Below the pieces are notes generated by a model, which saw only the letters and a list, made by a program, of their open reading frames with translations, did not search any database and had not been told where the DNA came from. This document shows positions 19,801 through 28,878 of a stretch of DNA of 64,000 bases, in pieces. Both the position numbers and the translations under genes were made by a program. The stretch comes from a virus (Duplodnaviria; Heunggongvirae; Uroviricota; Caudoviricetes), in IMG/VR virus record IMGVR_UViG_3300029288_000054, positions 70,607 through 134,606 of that record. One strand, 5' to 3'. Each line of letters begins with the position of its first letter. Position 1 is the first letter of the stretch.

Positions 19801-22800
19801 TAGGGCCGGTTAGTAAAATGGACATTCTCGCCATCGACGGTATCGTATCCTCGCAACAGTCGTCCTAAGAAGTTATTGTTGGTCGAAGGCAGATTCTCGT
19901 TGTATGATTGTTTTAATGCCGGACCCTGCACTGAATTCGTCAGTTCAGATGTGGCCTGGAATGAATAATAGACGCCATCCCCAAAGTTTATCTTACAGAT
20001 AGTAGCCTGGTATTGCTCCGTGCTAACCATCGTCATTCTGCGAAGTATTTCGTCTTCAACGCGACCTTTATAGCAGTAGTCAGATATACCATCAAGCTTA
20101 CAGAATCGATTGGGAAATACCGAGAATTCTTTCGTGAATGGCCCATATTCAGAAGCATCGTTATTCGTCGAAGCATCAGCACCGGTCGGATAGAAGCTGC
20201 CATGAATGATATTGTCGATAGGAGACAAATCAGTTGTTGATTGACTTGCTATGCTTGGCGTATTCGATATCGGGGTTGGATCATATACAATGCTTTCGTT
20301 TTCGGTATTCTGACCCGGTACAAGTCTATCTTGACCGCGATAGGTGAATTTGCAGCAAGGATTATCAATGTCATCTACACACGGCTTAGATGGATCACCC
20401 CATGCACAACTATCTGCCGGTGGTGTAGGCGGTAGCTTCTCATCACCAATCTGTGTGACGATTCTCTCAATGCAAGTCGGGTTGGGAGAATCGATAGTTG
20501 CTGGCTTTTCCAGATAGCGATTAACGTCAACCCATGCTTGAAATTCTTCCGGAAGATTCGCCAGTATTCTCTTACGTAGCGCAATATCTTCTGGCTTATA
20601 TCCGAGATCACTTGGATCAACTGAGCATTCGCCAGTTGGAATTTCTGGTAAAATGGCCGGTGGCACCTGTAACTTACCGGCATCGATATCCCAGCGTTGC
20701 TCTAGATCACCACCGACACAGAACGGAGTGACTTGATATGTCTCATCTAGATTGGAATGATAGATAAGAGTGTTCAATAATGAATGGAATGCTTTGATCT
20801 TGAACAGATAATCGATCAAGAACTCAAGTATATCACCACCAATCTGCTCGCCATTTTGTGTCAGCAATTGTATGTCAAAACGGTTGCTATATAAGTCTTT
20901 AATACTATCAGGAACAATCAACTCTTCGCGGCTATACGTAGCGAAGGCATATAATAGAAGCTCACTATCCGCAGCGTGTGGCCCTTTCTGACCGTACTTG
21001 TCGTCAAATTGAATCGAACCGTTAAATGTGAGATGTAGCAGGTTGGCATTTCTATCAATTCTGACACCGTTCGACACAAACGGTGGCTGGTCGCCGGTAG
21101 ATCGATCGTCACCATTACCAACCGTAGCCGATCGATCAATCACAACCCTGGACCAGCTTACAACACCAGCAGTCTCGTCATTCAGCAGCGTCGTCGTTCT
21201 GCATACCTTCGGGATGCGCGTATATAACAAGCTTTGAGCGATGTTTTGGAACGGTACTGAAACCGTAATGAGAGAATCGCTAAGGACTGCCGTAACTGTC
21301 CTTTCAGTTTCACCATTGACGATAACCGTGTCGCCAATCTCGAAGTCAGTTAAGAATAAGGTGCTGCTGTTGCCATACAGATTCGTGTTTTCGTTGGTAG
21401 AGACGGTACCTCGACCCGGTATTTTCCAGCTACCGGGATCATTATTACAATTCGCTGCGGCTGTCCCGATGCTGCACGAAATCTCTTCTAGGCGTTTGTA
21501 TGCCCTACTGACATAAGCATAGGTCGTCCATTGGCTATCTGATCCAGTATTGCTTGTGTCGTTTTGGAACGGTATCGTAACAGTCAAATGATGGTTATCT
21601 AAAATAGTGGCTACGATTCTGGTAGTTTCGTTCGCCACCGATACCGTATCGCCTACTACGAAATCATTCGTGAATTGTGTGTCTGAATCGCCGAAAAGAT
21701 CGATAGTCTGGTTTGTAGAGACTTGACCAGAGCCTATGATGTTCTTCTGCACCAGGTACGCATCTAATGTGATATCGCCTTCTTGAACCGTGTTGACGAT
21801 ACCTTGAACTTCATCAGTGAATGTTGGTCGATATAAGAGCGGAATGGTTAATTCACCGAAACCGCTTGTGTTATAGCCGACAAGCACAGGCTCAATCTGG
21901 CAACTCTCTTCTATCTTAATCTCTTGGTTGGCGTAGGCTGATGGCAGCTTTTCCCCAGGACGTATTAGTCTCTTGCCGTCCTTAGACCAGTATAGCTTGT
22001 TGACATAGACGATATAACCGAACAACTCAAAGAGATCGTAGATGGCGTTCCGTGAGCCCTTTAACTGTTGCAATCTTACAACATTGCGTAGCATCGTCTT
22101 ACGCAGACGATAAAGGCTCTGTGGGAAGTATGGTAGATCAAGGCCAAGCAGGAAGCTAAGATATGGAACGAATTGCGGTGTTATCCAATCGACCCAGTTG
22201 ACGCTACCAAGCAAATACTGTTCGTCGAAAATGTCTTGTAGAATGTCGGTGAAAGGGCGATAGAATTCGATTGTCGTATCTATGCTCTTCTGGTCGCTGG
22301 TCATGTAAGGAGCAGGAGTCAGATTAACCGTCTCCTGCATGACCTGACCGGGGTGATTCATTCTGAACCGCTTGACCGACGTGGCTTTTCTGGTCGGATC
22401 AATGCAATTTAGCTGCCCTGGTGTTGATCTGCTCTCGACTCTAGCATAGTACTGTGCTTGATAAGTGATATTATACCAATCTGGTGGCAGTTGTTCGGTA
22501 TCGATCTTGATATCGCTGAGATCGTAGTAGTTAGCAGTCGGGTAATATCTGATCAGACCACAGCATCCTGACGCGGTAGTGTATTGCATCAAGTCGCCAC
22601 CGACAGCCTCTGAATAATCAATCGGCTGTAGTGTCTCTAGAATAGCGGTTTCTATAGTACAATCGGCGTACAGATAAGGATTGGAGTCATTCTGATATTG
22701 GTTGCCAGTAGCTACAATCCTGAAGAATTGTTGTGAATCTGGATGGATCATTCTGTCGATGAGTTCATTCATCGACACATTCTTCGCGAATAGCTCGTGA

Positions 22801-23126
22801 TCGGGCGACATCAGCCCTATCGGTATCTGCCCAGCAACCAATGCCTTATGTGGTACGTCTTCTATGACGATTCTTACCGCAGCACCACTGCAGAATTCGT
22901 TGCATGTGGTCGTTTTGACACCCATACAATCGCATTCTACTCCGCCACCACAATCGCAGTTCTGGACGATAATGCTAGAATTATCTATAGGCAATCCCGC
23001 GATATCTCTGCGATCAGTCTCCATCAAAATCATCGGGAGTCCGAAGGGTCGATACGCGGTGCGATTATTGTTGACTGGCAGCAGAACCCATGTGGGAATG
23101 TGCGGGTTTGTTTGCATAGTACTCAT
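16896..23126 (-). CDS. Giant baseplate wedge/tail protein (~2076 aa)
   Basis: Segment PQFVPYLSFLLGLDLP...RKTMLRNVVRLQQLKGSRNAIYDLFELFGY resembles P2 gpI/T4 gp7-type wedge domains. Two VSTN...F..DF..GDTV.V..ET.R.V fibre-type repeats and S/P linkers near the C-terminus. Start placed at ATG 23126 (AAGGA RBS); track gives 23153. Confidence 0.7.
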   Translation of the reverse strand: MSTMQTNPHIPTWVLLPVNNNRTAYRPFGLPMILMETDRRDIAGLPIDNSSIIVQNCDCGGGVECDCMGVKTTTCNEFCSGAAVRIVIEDVPHKALVAGQIPIGLMSPDHELFAKNVSMNELIDRMIHPDSQQFFRIVATGNQYQNDSNPYLYADCTIETAILETLQPIDYSEAVGGDLMQYTTASGCCGLIRYYPTANYYDLSDIKIDTEQLPPDWYNITYQAQYYARVESRSTPGQLNCIDPTRKATSVKRFRMNHPGQVMQETVNLTPAPYMTSDQKSIDTTIEFYRPFTDILQDIFDEQYLLGSVNWVDWITPQFVPYLSFLLGLDLPYFPQSLYRLRKTMLRNVVRLQQLKGSRNAIYDLFELFGYIVYVNKLYWSKDGKRLIRPGEKLPSAYANQEIKIEESCQIEPVLVGYNTSGFGELTIPLLYRPTFTDEVQGIVNTVQEGDITLDAYLVQKNIIGSGQVSTNQTIDLFGDSDTQFTNDFVVGDTVSVANETTRIVATILDNHHLTVTIPFQNDTSNTGSDSQWTTYAYVSRAYKRLEEISCSIGTAAANCNNDPGSWKIPGRGTVSTNENTNLYGNSSTLFLTDFEIGDTVIVNGETERTVTAVLSDSLITVSVPFQNIAQSLLYTRIPKVCRTTTLLNDETAGVVSWSRVVIDRSATVGNGDDRSTGDQPPFVSNGVRIDRNANLLHLTFNGSIQFDDKYGQKGPHAADSELLLYAFATYSREELIVPDSIKDLYSNRFDIQLLTQNGEQIGGDILEFLIDYLFKIKAFHSLLNTLIYHSNLDETYQVTPFCVGGDLEQRWDIDAGKLQVPPAILPEIPTGECSVDPSDLGYKPEDIALRKRILANLPEEFQAWVDVNRYLEKPATIDSPNPTCIERIVTQIGDEKLPPTPPADSCAWGDPSKPCVDDIDNPCCKFTYRGQDRLVPGQNTENESIVYDPTPISNTPSIASQSTTDLSPIDNIIHGSFYPTGADASTNNDASEYGPFTKEFSVFPNRFCKLDGISDYCYKGRVEDEILRRMTMVSTEQYQATICKINFGDGVYYSFQATSELTNSVQGPALKQSYNENLPSTNNNFLGRLLRGYDTVDGENVHFTNRPYLTDGACGEKNMLALQRRSLGIQVPLMHFPGTRFATINKLESDFTHPKWVAKPWDDQYSTNCGPYDQACRQPTYLHAKLETATSGDQYLVFDYAPFVIVANGLQPDIPSFGSHILGTNKRFDDSDVIHSIYSTQSTGNPAITLETMLPPSRSIISIAKDYVVGGVRWSYGYTFSRLPTITIGIELKNLPDSIYSLSAKIIEATESYVTVKVYKTVLDSADLVFSECDTDDVVVNISSCTADNVINAMTTPLFSTAARCQGTSPYYIDYIDGYPAAHGYQPYVPDDFDRNGTFTELFNELEIDRSMPTGTDVLFFFISGILYTNGYRTDCGCAALLCDGGTSPTAGTDVLLCPIHDYQDDALPFTFSDGETRYGYDFNPDKITIDTMLYAEEKIGVSDLAFDGQLVWDEYPDGQTFQRQINMFELCLGSLSCQYGTAVAIDSPGYTPDYLVPPVPIYTLAVEAPELLNPGSTLVASAFLHSTSAYQTPAPPSTARITWSATIDGYLCQLRFAGQESYIDSVESPYMFINGAWGSVVALDIDVGPGTDYGRTIILTADSEVMGARETTEVTLMTTSPSPSPSPSLSPSLSLSPSPSTSLSPSASLSLSPSPSESPEPSASASTSPEPSPEPSSSIEPSPVTDEYTAELTVAATPSGTQPDPETSRYMALNFGLQWSVDPFIYDPSLFWSYQGDAQWIEAFSLDEQGGRQFYYMQMLEEPPWIQFVSVPEAGTIIWNEGTTTWNITANLSANTNANIFYISPSVYVDESGYGRLSVQLDLNIKKNGISIGTYTTTRDSTNDTTWAMINTTDGTVTIYPSPSPSPEPPIWTCELEGQWGDLDPGIGAGVRADFNSPYNTGQPVVAGVIAVYDEFDQWVRFDPLNTNNQPGNFSETGTINSGLISELTGSTKGIHGYGTWLGTTGSNADFTFRIYQNGELSETHTKTILDGTFLDQLWLIFNSSTGELNIINP

Positions 23127-23200
23127 TCTTCCTTCATCGTATCTACCAACCACTTATCTTTCATAGGCAAACATATAACGAACAAACGCATAGAGATCTC

Positions 23201-23449
23201 ATGTATACTACCAGAATTGCCTCAACAATTTCAGAACAGATAGGCGAACAGCCACAAGAATTGTTCGACAGATATTTAGAATCTGTCGAAGCCATAACGT
23301 TCGAGGAATTCCAAGGCTATTGCTCTATGAAAGGAATTACGATCACGGAAGATATGTTCGTTGATCTTTTAGCGAACAACCGCGAATACCTTTTCACAGA
23401 GAGCGAAGAAGGTTGGCTACCGACCAAACTGGACGAGCTAGGATTATAA
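23201..23449 (+). CDS. Small acidic hypothetical protein
   Basis: Divergent from the baseplate gene; CAAACATA upstream. Confidence 0.65.
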   Translation: MYTTRIASTISEQIGEQPQELFDRYLESVEAITFEEFQGYCSMKGITITEDMFVDLLANNREYLFTESEEGWLPTKLDELGL

Positions 23450-23662
23450 GTCTGAGGAGCAAGCTGGCTCGGGAATGCACTTGCTATAGAGCATCTTTTG
23501 AAGGTCGCCATCTGGAGTTATGTCTATCCAGAACTGATATATTACAATCGGGCGATTATCAACGATGAACTTCATCTGCTCTTCGCGTGTCTTGCACGAA
23601 TAGACTTCCGCTTTGCTTGTTGTGTAGGTCACAGTGATATCCTCGCCATTTACTCTTATCAT
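23444..23662 (-). CDS. Hypothetical protein
   Basis: Last gene of a coupled minus-strand run. Confidence 0.55.
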   Translation of the reverse strand: MIRVNGEDITVTYTTSKAEVYSCKTREEQMKFIVDNRPIVIYQFWIDITPDGDLQKMLYSKCIPEPACSSDL

Positions 23663-23681
23663 GACTTATAGAATACTTAAA

Positions 23682-23984
23682 TCATTCATCCAGTATAGCG
23701 CTTCTGCGGCGCTGTGATTGAATGTTAGTATCTACCAAGTCAGTGACTCGTGTCTCCCATGCGTGAACTATTGAATCTATAGCAGCTTTATGCTTCACAT
23801 CGGCGACATTAGCGATGCACTTGAATATCCACATCGGCCATTCGCCTTTACGATATATATGGTAATACTTGGCAACTACATTGCCATCGTAATCTGTAAT
23901 ATATAATTCACTCGATGTCGGGATATACCAGACTTTCGCCCATACATTGTATTTGTCGAATTTGATCGTCTGTGGGTCGAGCAT
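23682..23984 (-). CDS. Hypothetical protein
   Basis: Member of the coupled minus-strand run. Confidence 0.6.
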   Translation of the reverse strand: MLDPQTIKFDKYNVWAKVWYIPTSSELYITDYDGNVVAKYYHIYRKGEWPMWIFKCIANVADVKHKAAIDSIVHAWETRVTDLVDTNIQSQRRRSAILDE

Positions 23985-23986
23985 AA

Positions 23987-24265
23987 TTAATCCAAATTGA
24001 TAACACGTTCGACATCCACCGGCGTAGGTGTTAATTCTGGCTTCGAATCAGGATCGATTATGTGCCGATATTTTGTACGCAGCTTCTTAATCGTCTCTGG
24101 ATCTGGACGCCATCTCGGCTCTTGTTGCGGTGGCGGTTGTGCCTTAAGCCATTCGGAATAGCCCTCTAGAATTTGGGCATTCCTGTGTTGCTGACTTCTA
24201 GCCTGCTTTAAGACGAGCAAGACGGCTAGTGGAACAATACCAGCGACAACCCACAGAAAAATCAT
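23987..24265 (-). CDS. Small membrane-anchored protein
   Basis: N-terminal hydrophobic helix; AAAGGA RBS. Confidence 0.65.
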   Translation of the reverse strand: MIFLWVVAGIVPLAVLLVLKQARSQQHRNAQILEGYSEWLKAQPPPQQEPRWRPDPETIKKLRTKYRHIIDPDSKPELTPTPVDVERVINLD

Positions 24266-24284
24266 ATCTCAATCCTTTGAGTGA

Positions 24285-24614
24285 CTATCGCATCTTTGCC
24301 AAGTCAGAGCGGTCCAATTTCAAACCGAACGTTATTAGGGCTTCTCTGGCGTCGAACCATTCCTTGATCTTAGTTTGACATTCTGGGTGAGTGCCGCTGA
24401 TCTTGCTAGATATCCAACAATGGCTGCACCCAGGATCGGCTCTTGCGGCCATGAATCTGGTGAATTCATCTGGCATTGCATCACTTTCGACCAAGCTGAA
24501 TAAGGTACGATCCATCTTGCCTACTTCAACCATCATTTCACCAGATACTTTACCCTTGGCGTATTCGTGTATCAACGCCCAGTCGTAGATTGTCCGCTGC
24601 TGTTCTGGTGTCAT
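24285..24614 (-). CDS. Hypothetical protein
   Basis: Overlaps the upstream stop; CxxC motif. Confidence 0.6.
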   Translation of the reverse strand: MTPEQQRTIYDWALIHEYAKGKVSGEMMVEVGKMDRTLFSLVESDAMPDEFTRFMAARADPGCSHCWISSKISGTHPECQTKIKEWFDAREALITFGLKLDRSDLAKMR

Positions 24615-24871
24615 TTCTTATTCTTGCATGGGCAATCTGGATCGTGCATTAGCTGTGTCCCGGATAATTCTGGGCCTGAACGTCCGAGGGTCCACTCCAT
24701 AATCATATATCGATGGCCCTCGAAGTCAAATGACGATTGTTTCACAAGCGTCGTATTGACTTCGACTCGGGCTGCTTGTTTGTGTGGGTTGAGAATGAAA
24801 TAGCCGAATATCGCTATACCAGTCATAATCATAGTGCCAGCGATAATCGTAACGATTTGGGATGTTTTCAT
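24611..24871 (-). CDS. Small membrane-anchored protein with an HDPDCPC C-terminus
   Basis: N-terminal TM segment, FEGHRY and H-x-P-D-C-P-C motifs. Confidence 0.65.
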   Translation of the reverse strand: MKTSQIVTIIAGTMIMTGIAIFGYFILNPHKQAARVEVNTTLVKQSSFDFEGHRYMIMEWTLGRSGPELSGTQLMHDPDCPCKNKK

Positions 24872-25092
24872 TTCTTATCAACAGCTTTCGCCAGTGCAGA
24901 GATACCATGCGAGATCTGGTTAGCCGCCTTCGCCAATTCGCTGATTTCGTGGCCAACAGAAAGAGTAGCGCAGACTTGAGCTAAAGCGATTCGTTCGGAA
25001 AGTGTAAGCGGCTCTTTCTTAGACTTCGCTCTATCCTTGACGATCTCACTAACTAGATTGCAGGCTTCTAGGCTGGCTTGACTCGGGAACAT
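24868..25092 (-). CDS. Hypothetical protein
   Basis: ATGA overlap with the next gene. Confidence 0.6.
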   Translation of the reverse strand: MFPSQASLEACNLVSEIVKDRAKSKKEPLTLSERIALAQVCATLSVGHEISELAKAANQISHGISALAKAVDKK

Positions 25093-25100
25093 ATGTACAC

Positions 25101-25286
25101 CTATGGTAAATTGTAATGTTTCTTAACTCGCTCAACCAACTCCTTGTCAACTGTTTGTGGCTTGTCGAGTTTTTGTAATTCGTTGTCGTAATAATAAACA
25201 GCTACAATCAACGACGACCGCACAATTGTCCAAGACGCGATGAAGATCAAAAGGGCACAAATCAGTCGCCATCGCCATTTATTCAT
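25101..25286 (-). CDS. Small membrane protein
   Basis: MNKWRWRLICALLIFIASWTIV...; start uncertain (track gives 25358). Confidence 0.5.
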   Translation of the reverse strand: MNKWRWRLICALLIFIASWTIVRSSLIVAVYYYDNELQKLDKPQTVDKELVERVKKHYNLP

Positions 25287-25367
25287 GGTTTGCCCAGCCT
25301 GATAGTTTGGCCTATGTGCTGGCCTGTCAATACATATCGCCAAGTTGTTTTGCACCAATGGCCCTCT

Positions 25368-25697
25368 TTAACCCACCATTGGTGTGGTAGTGCGTTCCAA
25401 AATCTTAGCAATAATCTCATTGCGATCCCTATTGAACAGCGTTGAACTACAACCGCAACCAAAAGCGGGGCAGTCATCTTTATGTCCGCAGTCTTCTACA
25501 TGAGCAATGATCTCCGCATAGCGACCGCATAGATAAGTCCCATCTTGTTGCGCTTCTAGAAAAGTGCATTGATGTTTATCCTTATCCCATTCACCCCACG
25601 GGCATGGCCCTTGCTTACAGCAAAAACCACATCTCACACAGCCTCGCGATCTCATGTCGTCGCAGCGGGAGTCGATGGGAGTCGAACCCATAATCAC
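25368..25697 (-). CDS. CxxCxxCC (YkgJ-like) Zn/Fe-binding cysteine cluster protein
   Basis: CVRCGFCC...CPW...CTFL...C..Y...CPAFGCGC. Confidence 0.7.
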   Translation of the reverse strand: MIMGSTPIDSRCDDMRSRGCVRCGFCCKQGPCPWGEWDKDKHQCTFLEAQQDGTYLCGRYAEIIAHVEDCGHKDDCPAFGCGCSSTLFNRDRNEIIAKILERTTTPMVG

Positions 25698-25724
25698 GCC
25701 TCCGTGATACCTGAAAGCCCTAAC

Positions 25725-26468
25725 TTATGCTGGGCTATGTGCCGCACGGGCCGTTGCGCTGACGGCTGGACCGGCACTTTGGTTTTCGGTTGACGTGTCG
25801 CACCTGCCGACCCCGGAAGGTTTATCGAACCAACGGTCATACATGCCGGAGAGAAATTCCTTCGAGAACACATATCCAGATCTATCGCCGATAACTGCAT
25901 CGACGTTGCATCGTGGGCAGATAGCAGTATTCAAATTATCTGCCCACTTCTTGACCTCTGATGGTGCGAATATTTCTCCACAATAGAAACACCCGCAATT
26001 AGTGCTTCGAATAACTTCGCTGCGATTATTGACTGCGTGAATGTGTGCTTTTTCATAATCTGACTGGTCAGGGGCTTCAATCGGCTCGTCTTCATCGCCG
26101 TTCTCTTGTGCCTCTAAGACTGTCAGTTTCTTGATGTAATAATCATCAACGATATCAAGAGTCTTCAATCGCTCTGCAATCTCTTTTCGTTCTTTTCGAA
26201 CTTCCTCCAATAACTCACGGACCATCGCAGCAGTGATCTTCGGAGGCTTTTCAGATCGTTCCATCGGTACCAGCTTGATAGTACCTATTTTGGGCGGTTT
26301 TTGTGCCTTCGGTGGTTTGAGCGTGTATTCTTTCAACCCACGCTCCTTGATGAGAGCTAACGTTGCGTTTCGAACTTCTTCTGATACTTTTCGAATATGC
26401 CGTGTGAATTGAGCGTTTACTCGACCGGCACCATTCATATACATCCCAACTAGCTTCTCGGCAGTCAT
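25725..26468 (-). CDS. Coiled-coil protein with a C-terminal CGCFYC...CPxC Zn-binding domain
   Basis: H...N...I..S..CGCFYC..IF...EV..W...TAICPRC.VDAVIGD.SG...FL..M...WF. Start placed at 26468, coupled to the upstream stop (track gives 26552). Confidence 0.65.
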   Translation of the reverse strand: MTAEKLVGMYMNGAGRVNAQFTRHIRKVSEEVRNATLALIKERGLKEYTLKPPKAQKPPKIGTIKLVPMERSEKPPKITAAMVRELLEEVRKERKEIAERLKTLDIVDDYYIKKLTVLEAQENGDEDEPIEAPDQSDYEKAHIHAVNNRSEVIRSTNCGCFYCGEIFAPSEVKKWADNLNTAICPRCNVDAVIGDRSGYVFSKEFLSGMYDRWFDKPSGVGRCDTSTENQSAGPAVSATARAAHSPA

Positions 26469-26469
26469 A

Positions 26470-26622
26470 CTATTGGACATGTTTGGCGACCTTAGCGTCT
26501 TTGATAGTGGTATCTGTAGATTGTAGCGCTTGTCGGCTTCGATGCCGACCATATTTCTTCATTCTGGAGTAGGACTTTCGATGTCCTTGATTAACCTTCT
26601 CTTCTCTACCAGATCGGCTCAT
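26470..26622 (-). CDS. Small basic hypothetical protein
   Basis: MSRSGREEKVNQGHRKSYSRMKKYGRHRSRQ...; stop is adjacent to the next start. Confidence 0.5.
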   Translation of the reverse strand: MSRSGREEKVNQGHRKSYSRMKKYGRHRSRQALQSTDTTIKDAKVAKHVQ

Positions 26623-26815
26623 ATTAGTAAAACAACCATTTGAAGATATCGACGCTCCAGAAACCGACACTGGCGGCACATATTCCTATTATACTATTCC
26701 GGCCTATTGCACGCAATGGTATATTTCTCTTATAGGAAACGCGAACAAGCACCCATGCAAATTTGTCGAGAGAACAAGTATAATAACAAACACGAACTTG
26801 TATACTTGCCCCATA

Positions 26816-27055
26816 TCACCACCCGTCGAAATCCGTTAGGTTGATAGTTTCACCGGTCAGGTTATTCTTGACCTCGGTAACGAGTCCGAGAGACGTTGGT
26901 GTGAACATATAGGTCAAAGCCCCACCAGAGCACCCATAATAAGCTTCTCCCTCATGCTCCACGCTTGTCCCCTTTTGTTGCTCGATGACTTTCTTGTCCT
27001 GCTCAGCGGACCAAGCTCTAAGTTGCTCCGCTTGTTTCGCATCTAATCCGAACAT
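26816..27055 (-). CDS. Conserved phage hypothetical protein
   Basis: G..GG.LTY.FTPTSLG....V.N..TGE.I.LTD...W pattern, which I recall from large phages. Confidence 0.7.
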   Translation of the reverse strand: MFGLDAKQAEQLRAWSAEQDKKVIEQQKGTSVEHEGEAYYGCSGGALTYMFTPTSLGLVTEVKNNLTGETINLTDFDGW

Positions 27056-27321
27056 TATAAGTCAGCCTCCATGTCGTCGTCGAATTCGTTTATAGCATGA
27101 TTGAGTCGCACCACGATGGTTTTGGCGATTTTTCTTGCATCAGCCAACGTAGTTTTTCGTTTTCCGGGTTTGCCGCCATATGCTTCTTGCTGCCCTGCTG
27201 GGCAGTGCCCGCGTTCAATCAGGCCATCGATTATTGGTTGCAACATATCACGACATGTTGCAACTTCATTTGAGAAATGGCCGCAAATCACCGCTCTTTC
27301 GCCAGCATCCAACTTTTTCAT
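27055..27321 (-). CDS. Hypothetical protein
   Basis: Coupled to neighbours on both sides. Confidence 0.6.
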   Translation of the reverse strand: MKKLDAGERAVICGHFSNEVATCRDMLQPIIDGLIERGHCPAGQQEAYGGKPGKRKTTLADARKIAKTIVVRLNHAINEFDDDMEADL

Positions 27322-28403
27322 ATTTCAATTCTGTGCAGTTCTGGTACTTCTCGTGCATAGTATTTGATGTTCCCTAACATACGGCACTGCTCACCGGCAC
27401 AAATGCTACCGTGCCCCAGCAGATTCACAAAGAACCAGTTGAGGTCGCCATCGGGAATGGTCCACAATATCTCATTTACTTCCTCTATTGCACCACAAGG
27501 AATGATTTTCTTAGTCGTAGGTGCACCGTGGACGTAGGTGTGGCTATGAATCATGAAATTGATTCGTGGGAAGGTCTTATATAGAGCTAGTTGGATTGGC
27601 GTATCGACAGATGGTTTGTTACTACCGTAATAGCCAACACTTTTCGGGGTGTCCTCGACAGCCACAAAGCTGTTGATGCCTAGGCTACGTTTATCGATAT
27701 TCCTTCTCGTAACGTAGATCTTGTCTTTGCTGCGAAATGATGAAAATCCAACCTCGCATCTGAACGATGCATTACCCAAGAATCTACTGGTTGGAGCGTG
27801 TATCAGCCTATGAAACTTCGCGGCATACATCCCAACCAATGCCATGAACTCGTCGGTAATTTCTTCATCCAAATTAGGAATTGGTGCTGCTTCGCCAACT
27901 TGCATACTTGGCTTTCTGGTGAATTCGCGAAGCTGTTTTAGCCTGCCCGAAATTGCCAGGGCCAACTGTTTGGGGTCGTGGGCTGACCTTATAAAACAGT
28001 TACCAAGTGGGTCGAGAAGATTGGCGTCCACGCCTTCTCTCTGTTTGATGAACTCTACTAACAGGTTGCTCTTCGTTTGCAATGCTCTGGCGATGAGTTC
28101 TAGACAGCTATACTTGTTCCCGTCGTTGCGTTTCGACGTTATCAGCATGCATGTTGGATTGATTTTCTTAATCTCTCTGACCAACTTCGGCTTATGGTTC
28201 GGAACGTCAGCGAACCATAAGATGGTGTTGAATTTGGTGAAGTCGATATTGGCCAAATCATCGAATTTGCCACCATTGAATACCTTATAGCTTTTGAATT
28301 GGCCATTAGCGAGCAAGTGGCTAATTAACGCATCGCCATAAGATGAAGGCCGACCACCAGCATCGCTGAAGGTTCCAACAACGAATAGAGCTTTCATTTT
28401 CAT
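27318..28403 (-). CDS. Class II aldolase/adducin-domain protein with an unknown N-terminal domain
   Basis: GNASFR...KPSVDTPIQLALY...FMIHSHTY...NLLGHG (metal-binding H-x-H...H). Confidence 0.75.
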   Translation of the reverse strand: MKMKALFVVGTFSDAGGRPSSYGDALISHLLANGQFKSYKVFNGGKFDDLANIDFTKFNTILWFADVPNHKPKLVREIKKINPTCMLITSKRNDGNKYSCLELIARALQTKSNLLVEFIKQREGVDANLLDPLGNCFIRSAHDPKQLALAISGRLKQLREFTRKPSMQVGEAAPIPNLDEEITDEFMALVGMYAAKFHRLIHAPTSRFLGNASFRCEVGFSSFRSKDKIYVTRRNIDKRSLGINSFVAVEDTPKSVGYYGSNKPSVDTPIQLALYKTFPRINFMIHSHTYVHGAPTTKKIIPCGAIEEVNEILWTIPDGDLNWFFVNLLGHGSICAGEQCRMLGNIKYYAREVPELHRIEI

Positions 28404-28405
28404 AG

Positions 28406-28609
28406 TTAGCAGGAGCCGAATTTGAACGAGTAAAAACTATCACCATCTGAATTCGGCTGGACACCCAATTCTTCAAGTCGTTTCAGGTCTTCTGGAGACA
28501 CACCATCTGGCGAAACGGCAATCATGAGTTCGTCATGTGTGCAATTCGTCGGATACGACGGGTTGCCGTATTTTCGCAGGATCGTCAGAGCTTCAATCAA
28601 ATCGTCCAT
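28406..28609 (-). CDS. Conserved phage hypothetical protein
   Basis: DLIEALTILRKY...PT.C.HDEL...VS.EDL.RL.ELG...F.S..FGSC. Confidence 0.7.
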   Translation of the reverse strand: MDDLIEALTILRKYGNPSYPTNCTHDELMIAVSPDGVSPEDLKRLEELGVQPNSDGDSFYSFKFGSC

Positions 28610-28878
28610 TATAGCAGCTTCTCCTCAGTGATTTTGAACAAACCGTCGATGTGCAAGTTGCAGACATCGAACTCCTCATGCCCGAAATTCTCTTGCAAAA
28701 AATCAAACAAGCTGTCGTCATGATGATCTGCAGCCTTTATCTGCAGATCAACCAAGAACTCTCTTGCCTGCTTTTCATCACCGAATTTCTTGGTGAACGG
28801 TAGTGCTAGGTAATGATTACCGTCAGCGGCAGATTCCGAAACGCCAACTCGAATCCTGATTTCAAAATGGGTGTTCAT
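28609..28878 (-). CDS. Hypothetical protein
   Basis: Coupled to neighbours on both sides. Confidence 0.6.
   Translation of the reverse strand: MNTHFEIRIRVGVSESAADGNHYLALPFTKKFGDEKQAREFLVDLQIKAADHHDDSLFDFLQENFGHEEFDVCNLHIDGLFKITEEKLL

Noticed and set aside
26680-26815. AT-rich intergenic gap considered as an origin or ncRNA
   Set aside because: Only promoter-like TATAAT hexamers and a weak CAAGTATA/TATACTTG dyad are visible; no iterons or convincing fold.
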